Below are positions 56,805 to 64,000 of a DNA stretch of 64,000 nt, in pieces. Source of the DNA: a virus. The position numbers and the translations under genes were made by a program. The DNA is taken from positions 1 to 64,000 of the IMG/VR virus record IMGVR_UViG_3300037743_000151; one strand, written 5' to 3'. Every line of letters begins with the position of its first letter. Within the stretch, counting starts at the first letter, position 1. Below the pieces are notes generated by a model. That model was given only the letters and a program-made list of their open reading frames with translations, made no database searches and was not told the origin of the DNA.

Positions 56805-59581
56805 GCACCCCCGCAGGCGGCGGCCTCCTCGGCGATGCGACTATCCGCGTCGACGCCAACACCGACCCCGCGATCCTCGCCCTCAACGGTTTCTCCCGCG
56901 ACGCACAGGGCCGCATCCGAGACGTCCGCGGCCGGTTCGTTGCCGACGGCACCGTCATCACCCGCTCCCTCACCACCGCGGCCGGAGGCGGCAACCGCTT
57001 CAGCGCCAGCCTGCGCGGCCTGACCAGCATCGCCGGGAGCGCCGGCGCGGTCCTCGGCAGGGTGGGTCTCGGTCTTGGGGCCGTGGGCGCGGCGGCCGGA
57101 ACAGCGGCGCCCCTGCTCGCCGGGATCGTCACCACCTTGCAGAACGTTGCCCCCGCCGGCGCGGTCGCGGTCACCGGAATGCTGGCCGTGACGCAGGCCT
57201 CTGCCGCCATCAAGCTGGGCATGGTCGGCGTGCAGGACGCTGTCACCGCCGCGTTCGACACGTCGGAGGACGGGGCGAAAAAGTTCGACGAGGCTTTGAA
57301 GAAGCTCGCGCCCAACGCGCGCGCGTTCGCCGTCCAGGTCCGAGAGTTGCAGCCCGCGTTCCAAAAGTTGCAGCAGGGCGTTCAGAACCGGCTGTTCGCC
57401 GGGTTCGCCACCGAACTTGAGCGACTGTCCACCAGCGCCCTGCCAGTGTTCCGCGCCAACCTCAACAACACCGCCACCATCCTCAACAGGATGGCCCTCG
57501 GCGCAGGCAGCGCGGCCCGCACGCTGGCCACGAACGGCACCCTCGGCAAAGCCATGGCCGGAGCCAACACCGGTCTGTCGAACCTGCGGACGATCCCCGG
57601 GCAGGTCGTCACCGCGCTCGGCCAGCTCGCTGCGGCGGGCTCTCCGGCATTCGACAGGCTGACTGCCAGGGCTGCGTCGGCGGCTACGACGATCACCGAG
57701 AAGCTGTCGACGGCGTTCAAATCCGGGGCGCTACAGAACGCTGTCGATACGGCGATCGGCCTGCTGAAAGATTTGGGCACCGTAGCCGCGAACGTGTTCT
57801 CCGCTCTCGGCAACATCATGGCGCCGGTCCAGGCAGCGGGCGGCGGCCTGATCGGCACGCTGGTGCAGATCACGGGCGCCCTCAAGTCGGCGACGGGCAC
57901 TGAGCAGTTCCAGGCTGCGATCAGTTCGCTGGCCAACGTCATGGGTACTTTGGCCCGCACCGTGGGTCCGCTACTCGGGCAGGCGCTGGCCAGCGTCGCC
58001 CCGATCTTTATCGCACTCGGTCCACCCGTTCAGCGCTTGATCGAAAACTTGGGGGCCGGGCTTTCACCAATCATCGTCGGGCTCGGTCCCGTCCTGGCGG
58101 CTGCGGCGGATGCCTTCGGGATCCTCATCGACGCCGTGTCACCTTTGCTGCCGATCGCCGGGGATCTGATTGCGTCACTGCTGCCCCCCCTGGTGCCGCT
58201 TCTGACTGCCGTCGGCGACGCCTTCGCCCAGGCCGGGCCTGTCGTTCAAATCCTCGGCAACGCCTTGCAGTCCGCCCTTCAGCCCGTCCTGGCGAAACTG
58301 CCTTCCCTGGTCGCGCCGTTGGCTGAGCACTTCTCGACAATGGCGTCGGAGGTCTTCCCGGTCCTCGCCGAGACCGCTATCGCCCTGGCCCCCTCCCTCC
58401 TCCAAATAGGGCAGGCGTTCGGGGATGTCCTGGTGGCGTCCGGTCCCCTCATCGCCGCCCTGTCCCAACTCACCGTGCAACTCCTGCCCGCGCTCCTGCC
58501 GCTGCTCACCCCGCTGATCAACACCGTCGTTGCCCTGGCGTCCGCACTCGCGGGCCAGCTTGCCTCCACCATGACCAACCTGGTAGTGCCCGCCCTCCAG
58601 CTCGTCACCAATCTCCTGCGCGGCGACTTCTCCGCAGCCTGGACTTCCCTGAAAACGCTGGTCGCCGGCGTCGCGGCACACTTCACTGGCACCCTGTCGA
58701 GGATCGCCGGCGTGGTCGGGTCCATCCTGCGCGGCATCGTCGACCGCTTCACGTGGCTGTACAACGTCCTCATCGGGAACAGCATCATCCCCGACCTGGT
58801 GCGCGGCATCGTGTCCTGGTTCGGCCGTCTGGCCAGCATGATCCTGGCCCCTCTGGAGCGTTTCCGGTCCTTCGTCGTCGCCAGGTTCACCGCAGTTGTG
58901 AACTGGGCTCGCGGGTTCCCCGGCCGCATGGTGTCCGCTCTGGCCGCGCTCGGTGGCCAACTCGCGTCGCTCGCCGGCAGCGCCCTGTCCCGTTTCCGTA
59001 ACGCCGTCGTCTCGGGCGGCAACTCGGCAGTCTCGTGGATACGCGGCCTGCCCGGCCGTGCGCTGAGCGCGCTCGGCAACCTCAGCGGCTACTTGGTCAG
59101 CTCCGGACGTTCACTGATCAGTGGTTTCGTCCAGGGCATCCTGAGCAAGATCGGGGATGTGACGAGCGCGGTCGGCAGCGTCGTCAGCAAGGCCCGCGAT
59201 CTTCTTCCCTTCAGCCCCGCGAAGGAAGGCCCCTTCTCGGGACGCGGATGGACGCTCTACTCCGGGCGTGCGATCAGTGAGTCCATCGCAGAAGGCTTGG
59301 TGCAGCGGGCGGCTTTGGTGCAGCGGGCTGCGGCTGCGGTGGCACAGTCGGCGCGGGATGCGGTCGCATTGCCGATGGCGGGCAGTTCGGCGTTGTCGGG
59401 GCGCTCGGCCGGGGCGTCTCTCGGCGTGAACACCGTGCGGACTGCGGCGGGCGGCGCGCCCACAACAGTGATCCTGAACGTGAACCTGACCAATGCCGGA
59501 CTGATCGGTTCGCAGCGGGACCTGAAGAACTGGCTCGTCACCTCAATGGATGAACTGCGCCTGCAAGGACGCCTCCCATGA
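56801..59581 (+). CDS. tape measure protein
   Basis: GTG 56801; 926 aa. Ala/Gly/Leu-rich with long hydrophobic helical repeats. Positioned after the chaperones. Confidence 0.8.
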   Translation: MSTPAGGGLLGDATIRVDANTDPAILALNGFSRDAQGRIRDVRGRFVADGTVITRSLTTAAGGGNRFSASLRGLTSIAGSAGAVLGRVGLGLGAVGAAAGTAAPLLAGIVTTLQNVAPAGAVAVTGMLAVTQASAAIKLGMVGVQDAVTAAFDTSEDGAKKFDEALKKLAPNARAFAVQVRELQPAFQKLQQGVQNRLFAGFATELERLSTSALPVFRANLNNTATILNRMALGAGSAARTLATNGTLGKAMAGANTGLSNLRTIPGQVVTALGQLAAAGSPAFDRLTARAASAATTITEKLSTAFKSGALQNAVDTAIGLLKDLGTVAANVFSALGNIMAPVQAAGGGLIGTLVQITGALKSATGTEQFQAAISSLANVMGTLARTVGPLLGQALASVAPIFIALGPPVQRLIENLGAGLSPIIVGLGPVLAAAADAFGILIDAVSPLLPIAGDLIASLLPPLVPLLTAVGDAFAQAGPVVQILGNALQSALQPVLAKLPSLVAPLAEHFSTMASEVFPVLAETAIALAPSLLQIGQAFGDVLVASGPLIAALSQLTVQLLPALLPLLTPLINTVVALASALAGQLASTMTNLVVPALQLVTNLLRGDFSAAWTSLKTLVAGVAAHFTGTLSRIAGVVGSILRGIVDRFTWLYNVLIGNSIIPDLVRGIVSWFGRLASMILAPLERFRSFVVARFTAVVNWARGFPGRMVSALAALGGQLASLAGSALSRFRNAVVSGGNSAVSWIRGLPGRALSALGNLSGYLVSSGRSLISGFVQGILSKIGDVTSAVGSVVSKARDLLPFSPAKEGPFSGRGWTLYSGRAISESIAEGLVQRAALVQRAAAAVAQSARDAVALPMAGSSALSGRSAGASLGVNTVRTAAGGAPTTVILNVNLTNAGLIGSQRDLKNWLVTSMDELRLQGRLP

Positions 59582-60360
59582 CCTGGTCCCCGTGCGTCAC
59601 CGGCACCGCCTACCAGATCGCCGTCGACTGGGCCGCCGACGATGACTTCATCGACCCCTTCGACGACATCACCGCAGACATCCTCGACCGCACCATCAGC
59701 ATCGCCTACGGCCGCGACCAAAACCGGCAGCTGTCACCCGGCCGCGTCGGTAACGCCGCGTTCGCCCTGTGCAACGTGGATCGCCTGTACTCGCCCGAAA
59801 ACCAGGACAGCAGCCTGTACGGCGACCTCGAACCCGGCCGGGAAACTCGCATCCAGGCCACCTACCAGGGCACCGTCTACCCGCTGTTCTACGGGCGCCT
59901 CAACGATTTCACCGTCCACCCCGACCGCTCCGACCGCTCCGTTGATTTCACCGCCCTCGACGGCCTGTCCACCCTCCAGGGCGTCAAAATTTCCACCGCC
60001 CTCTACCAGGCCTTGCGCACCGGGGAGATCGTCAACATCATCCTCGACCACGTCGGATGGCCTGCCGGGCGCCGTGACATCGACGCCGGCGCCACCTTCA
60101 CCCACTACTGGTGGGAGGAAGGCACGACCGCCTTCGACGCCATCCAGAACGTGGTCGGCGCCGAGGGGCCGCCGTCGATCGCCTACATCGCATCTGACGG
60201 CACGTTCACTTTCCGCGACCGGCATCACCGGCTGCTGCGCCCCGCATCGGTGACGTCGCAGGCCACCTTCGCCCAGACACCCAGCGCAGCCCAGTGCTGC
60301 GACATCACCGGTTACGGCGACGCCGGATACGGCGACTGCGCTTACGGAGGAGGAGCCTGA
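59578..60360 (+). CDS. minor tail protein (distal tail protein-like)
   Basis: ATGA overlap with the tape measure; 260 aa. Confidence 0.55.
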   Translation: MTWSPCVTGTAYQIAVDWAADDDFIDPFDDITADILDRTISIAYGRDQNRQLSPGRVGNAAFALCNVDRLYSPENQDSSLYGDLEPGRETRIQATYQGTVYPLFYGRLNDFTVHPDRSDRSVDFTALDGLSTLQGVKISTALYQALRTGEIVNIILDHVGWPAGRRDIDAGATFTHYWWEEGTTAFDAIQNVVGAEGPPSIAYIASDGTFTFRDRHHRLLRPASVTSQATFAQTPSAAQCCDITGYGDAGYGDCAYGGGA

Positions 60361-60974
60361 TGATTACGGTGCCCACGATTGGGCAATCCGGCTGGGGGCC
60401 CGTACTGAACACGGCCCTGACGGACCTGGACACTGCCGCTACGAGCGCGCGTGCCGGATCCAACCCAGCCGATCAGCTGTTTATCGCCTGGGGCTACGAC
60501 TCCGAGCACGCCAGTTCCACCAACATCCTCACCTCCGGCACCGTGTACCTGCACAAGCTGTGGCTCCCCGCCGGGTCGACGGTGTCCAGCCTCGGCTGGA
60601 CCATTACTACTGCCGGCGCCACCCTGACCGCCGGGCAGTCGCTGATGGGCCTCTACGACGCTGCCGGAACCCTGCTTGCGGTCACCGCCGACCAGTCGGG
60701 CAGCTGGACTTCCACCGGTTTCAAGAACCCCGCCGTCACTGCTCCACTCGGCATCACCACGTCCGCCTACTACTACGTTGCGATCCTCTCGGTCGGTACC
60801 ACGCCACCCACCGGGGCGTCCTCCCCCGGGTTGCAGACCACTTACAACGCGGGCGTGACCGGGGCGGACCTGCGTCACGCGGTCGGGGCCACCGCGCAGA
60901 CCACACTGCCCGCGTCGATCACCATGTCAGGCAACACGTCCACCAACGTGTCCACCTGGGCCGTAGCGGTGTAG
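60360..60974 (+). CDS. minor tail protein
   Basis: ATG overlaps the upstream stop by 1 nt. The N-terminus MITVPTIGQSGWGPVLNTALTDLD is typical of actinophage tail proteins. Confidence 0.5.
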   Translation: MITVPTIGQSGWGPVLNTALTDLDTAATSARAGSNPADQLFIAWGYDSEHASSTNILTSGTVYLHKLWLPAGSTVSSLGWTITTAGATLTAGQSLMGLYDAAGTLLAVTADQSGSWTSTGFKNPAVTAPLGITTSAYYYVAILSVGTTPPTGASSPGLQTTYNAGVTGADLRHAVGATAQTTLPASITMSGNTSTNVSTWAVAV

Positions 60975-60986
60975 GGGAGGCGCCTT

Positions 60987-61862
60987 GTGACGTTCGACTT
61001 CACCGCCCCGTTCGAGTACCAGCACGGCTGGCGCGACATCGTCAACGACGTCCTCCAGGACGTCGACCAGCGCGCACAGAACGCGGACCTGACGTCGGTG
61101 TGGAGCACGGAGTCACCGTTCTCGATCCTCACCGGGCAGACGGTGGAGATCAAGGCTGTCGCCTCTGACCCGTTCCTCAACGCGGTCGCTCCGACAGCGT
61201 CCGGCGACGACCCGGACATCGTGTACACCGGCACCGGAACCGTATCGACCACCCTCACCCGGGACTCGGGGCAGTCGACCATCATCCGCATCACCTCTGC
61301 GGGCGGACCCGCGACGGTGCTGTCGATGCGGCTGCGTGCCCGCGCGGTGCCGGTCGGACACACCATCCAGATCCGCGAGCAGGACCCCGGATCAATCACC
61401 GTCCACGGGCTGCGCACATATCCGCAGGACATTCCCCTCGCCACCGCCAACGATGTGGAGGCGGTCGCGGAGGTGATCGTCGCGCAGTACGCGACCCGCC
61501 GCCCGATCGTGTCGATGCGGATCGTGGCGCAAGATCCGGCGCACCTGGTGGAAATCTTCACCCGGACTCTGTCGGACCGAATCCACATCCGTAACACGGA
61601 ACTCGGTATGGACGCGGACTTCTTCATCGAGCAGCTTGAGCACACCATCACCCGCATCGATCCGGACCGGCCGCCGATCCACGCCCTTGTCCTGGGCTGC
61701 GAGAAAGATCGTGACGCCCCGAACAAGAACCCCTTCACGTTCGACAAGACGGGCGCCGGATTCGACGACGGGTTTTTCGACCCGATCGCCGCAGACGACC
61801 CGGACACCGTATGGATCTGGGACACCCAGTCGGAGTTCGACACCCACGAGTTCGGAACCTGA
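60987..61862 (+). CDS. minor tail protein
   Basis: GTG after GGGGAGG RBS; 291 aa. Confidence 0.5.
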   Translation: MTFDFTAPFEYQHGWRDIVNDVLQDVDQRAQNADLTSVWSTESPFSILTGQTVEIKAVASDPFLNAVAPTASGDDPDIVYTGTGTVSTTLTRDSGQSTIIRITSAGGPATVLSMRLRARAVPVGHTIQIREQDPGSITVHGLRTYPQDIPLATANDVEAVAEVIVAQYATRRPIVSMRIVAQDPAHLVEIFTRTLSDRIHIRNTELGMDADFFIEQLEHTITRIDPDRPPIHALVLGCEKDRDAPNKNPFTFDKTGAGFDDGFFDPIAADDPDTVWIWDTQSEFDTHEFGT

Positions 61863-61871
61863 GGAGGCGTG

Positions 61872-62243
61872 ATGCAACTGTTGACGGCCACCGCGCGCGC
61901 GTATGTCTACAACGGCATGTGGGTGGCGGACTGCCCGCAGGACTGCGGCGGCGTGGAGCCCCTGTTCGAGGCGAAACGACGGGGCGGCCCGCGGGTGATC
62001 CGCTGCACGCTGTTCCACTGCTCGTACTGCAAGTTCGCGACGAGCCGCATCGACTGGCCGGACAGCGAGCAGGAGATCACGGCCGTCCTCGATTTGCGGC
62101 CGATCCCTCACAACCGGAACTGGTATCCGGCCGGTCATCCGACGGCGCTCCGGTTCGGAATCCCGCACGGCCAATCCGTGAGAGACCTACAGGACGAGAA
62201 CGCCGAGCACGGCGTGCCCGCATCCCCGAGCGAGGTGGCCTGA
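61872..62243 (+). CDS. hypothetical Cys-rich protein in tail module
   Basis: ATG 61872 (GTG 61869 possible) after GAGGAGG; CPQDCGG and CSYC motifs. Confidence 0.5.
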   Translation: MQLLTATARAYVYNGMWVADCPQDCGGVEPLFEAKRRGGPRVIRCTLFHCSYCKFATSRIDWPDSEQEITAVLDLRPIPHNRNWYPAGHPTALRFGIPHGQSVRDLQDENAEHGVPASPSEVA

Positions 62244-62779
62244 TGGCTTGGACAGCGCCAATGACGGCGGTCGCAAATACCGTATTCACGGCGGCACAGT
62301 TCAATACGCATGTTCGAGACAACCTGAACGAAACCGCTCCCGCGAAGGCCACCGCGGCGGGCAGGATCTTCGTCACCACCGGCGCCAACTCGATCGCAGA
62401 ACGGCCGCTCGAAACCGCTGCGATCTCCACACCACAGACCACGACATCCGTCACCTACGCCGACCTAGGCACGATCGGCCCGTCGGTGACCATCACCACC
62501 GGGCCAGCCGCGATCGTGTGGGTCTCCTCGTTCCTACAGAACGACACGTCGGGTGCTTCGAGTCACGTCAGCTTCGCGGTCACGGGGGCGACGGCGATCG
62601 CCGCCTCCGATGTGGAAGCGATCCGCTTCAACGCGTCTACCGTGAGCGACTTCATGCGGGCCGGGATCACGTCGAAGGTGGTTCTGACCCCGGGTTCCAA
62701 CACGTTCACGATGAAGTACCGGGTGTCTGGCGGTACGGGGACGTTCGCAAACCGGTCCATCACCGTCATGTCCCTGTGA
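62243..62779 (+). CDS. minor tail protein
   Basis: ATG overlaps the upstream stop by 1 nt. MAWTAPMTAVANTVFTAAQFNTHVRDNLNE is a common actinophage minor tail N-terminus. Confidence 0.55.
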   Translation: MAWTAPMTAVANTVFTAAQFNTHVRDNLNETAPAKATAAGRIFVTTGANSIAERPLETAAISTPQTTTSVTYADLGTIGPSVTITTGPAAIVWVSSFLQNDTSGASSHVSFAVTGATAIAASDVEAIRFNASTVSDFMRAGITSKVVLTPGSNTFTMKYRVSGGTGTFANRSITVMSL

Positions 62780-62785
62780 GGAAGC

Positions 62786-63289
62786 ATGTATCCCGCCAAG
62801 ACGATCTACAACATCGAGTGCCCGACGATCCTCGGCCTGTACACCACGGACGAGGTCACCGCGTCGAAGCTGAACGTCAACGGCGGTGACCCCGACCTGT
62901 ACGCCACCATGCTCCGCGTCGTTGTCCCCGTCGCGGCCGGCGACTTCATACGCGCCGAGGGCTGGGCGCGCGTCACCAACGACCTGGGCTACAACGTCGG
63001 TGTCGGCTGGCACCTGTGGATGTACGACGCCGACAACGGCCTCGGCGCGTCCGGGGTGTGGGCGCAGATCTCCCCGCTGTGTGGGGAGAACGTCACCCCG
63101 AACATGCACCACATGCCACTCGCGATCAAGGCCACCTACCAGGTTCCCGACGCGTGGCCCGAAGACCACCGCGCCGTCGTCGTGCTCCGTGCCAGCGCGC
63201 ACTCCACCGCCTGGCAGCCCGGCCACCAGATCACCGTCGACAAGCCTTACGGCTACCTCGAAGCCGAACGCCTGAGGGAAGGAGTCTGA
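62786..63289 (+). CDS. hypothetical protein (tail/lysis boundary)
   Basis: ATG after GAGGAAG RBS; 167 aa. Confidence 0.5.
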   Translation: MYPAKTIYNIECPTILGLYTTDEVTASKLNVNGGDPDLYATMLRVVVPVAAGDFIRAEGWARVTNDLGYNVGVGWHLWMYDADNGLGASGVWAQISPLCGENVTPNMHHMPLAIKATYQVPDAWPEDHRAVVVLRASAHSTAWQPGHQITVDKPYGYLEAERLREGV

Positions 63290-63293
63290 CGCC

Positions 63294-64000
63294 ATGGCCG
63301 CACCACTCTCCCCAGACAGACTGATCGCGATCCTCAAGGCCGAGGGCGTGAAGGTCTCCGAGTACTCGGGCTGGCGGACGCGCGAGCGTGACGACGAGAC
63401 CGGCAAAACGTTCGGCCCCGTCCACATGATCCTCAACCACCACACCGCGGGCCGCGACGACCTGCACGTGGTGGCTCGCAACGGCTACAGCGGACTGCCC
63501 GCCCCCCTCGCGCACATCTGGCTCGGCCGAACCGGCGTGGCCTGGCTGTGCAGCGCTGGCCGCGCCAACCACGCCGGCCTCATGGCGCAGAATGCGTACA
63601 ACGCGTTCCTCAACGAGGCGACCACGCACCCGGCCCCGGCCAAGTCGTCCGGCACGGTCGACGGCAACGACGTCGCCTACGGCATCGAGACGGAAAACCG
63701 CGGCGACGACAAGGACATCTACCCGCGCGTCCAGTACGACGCCTGGGTACGGATCAACGCCGCGTTCTGCCGCGAGTACGAGTGGACGGCCGAGTCGTGC
63801 GGCGCCCACAAGGAAACCTCGATCGAGGGCAAGCCGGACCCGCGCGGCCCGGTCGAGGGCTACGGCACCCGCAGCAAGTTCGACTTCACCCCGGGCCAGT
63901 TCCGCAAGGACGTGGCCGAGCGGCTGAAGCACGCCGCCTCGTGGTCGCCCGGCACCGCGCCGCCGGCGCCGAAGGCGCCGACCGTTGAGGAGCGGCTGGC
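63294..64000 (+). CDS. N-acetylmuramoyl-L-alanine amidase endolysin (3'-truncated by window end)
   Basis: My own translation from ATG 63294 (GGGAAGGAG RBS). HHTAG, AYGIETEN and HKETSIEGKPDP are amidase_2/PGRP zinc-site motifs. The frame is open to nt 64000. Confidence 0.75.
   Translation, partial: MAAPLSPDRLIAILKAEGVKVSEYSGWRTRERDDETGKTFGPVHMILNHHTAGRDDLHVVARNGYSGLPAPLAHIWLGRTGVAWLCSAGRANHAGLMAQNAYNAFLNEATTHPAPAKSSGTVDGNDVAYGIETENRGDDKDIYPRVQYDAWVRINAAFCREYEWTAESCGAHKETSIEGKPDPRGPVEGYGTRSKFDFTPGQFRKDVAERLKHAASWSPGTAPPAPKAPTVEERL

Noticed and set aside
1-64000. Scan by eye for tRNA genes (T-arm GGTTCGAATCC-like motifs), integrase, CI-like repressor and replicative polymerase/helicase genes.
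   Set aside because: None was recognised. The absence cannot be proven without tRNAscan or HMM searches, and an integrase may lie outside the window.

Overview
This is a visibly high-GC, Streptomyces-type (actinobacterial) siphovirus genome or prophage segment. It holds about 110 tightly packed genes, mostly on the + strand, many joined by 4-nt ATGA/GTGA stop-start overlaps. Layout: (1) 0-20 kb holds early genes: a Rad52-like annealase, DEDDh exonuclease, HNH, RuvC-like resolvase, a WhiB fusion, a gene carrying 49 in-frame 12-bp repeats, a ParB-like protein, a putative replication organiser, HAD and HIT enzymes, and one reverse-strand orphan Phd/YefM-like gene. (2) 20.2-21.2 kb is a reverse DUF6221-like plus HTH gene pair. 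(3) 22.0-26.1 kb is a terminator-bounded operon of seven membrane proteins, including a membrane-anchored GIY-YIG nuclease. (4) 26.2-29.2 kb is a reverse eight-gene translationally coupled operon headed by a ribbon-helix-helix regulator and facing four copies of the palindrome GGTGTAGCTACACC. (5) 29.3-33.7 kb holds small genes plus a DUF4352-like moron. (6) 34.0-39.5 kb is a sugar-modification cluster (4,6-dehydratase, SDR, three glycosyltransferases, two methyltransferases) sitting just upstream of (7) the large terminase. (8) 42.0-43.9 kb is a non-canonical insert between terminase and portal: four pentanucleotide-periodic GGC arrays with a conserved box and UUCG hairpins, arranged around an AT-rich core and a two-gene cassette. 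This is my top candidate for an undescribed system. (9) The rest is portal, a 1123-aa 2H-phosphoesterase/MuF/protease polyprotein, capsid, connectors, tail chaperones with a -1 frame extension, tape measure, minor tail proteins and an amidase endolysin truncated at the window end. I recognised no tRNA, rRNA, CRISPR, integrase or replicative polymerase. All family calls come from motif recognition by eye and need HMM or structure confirmation.
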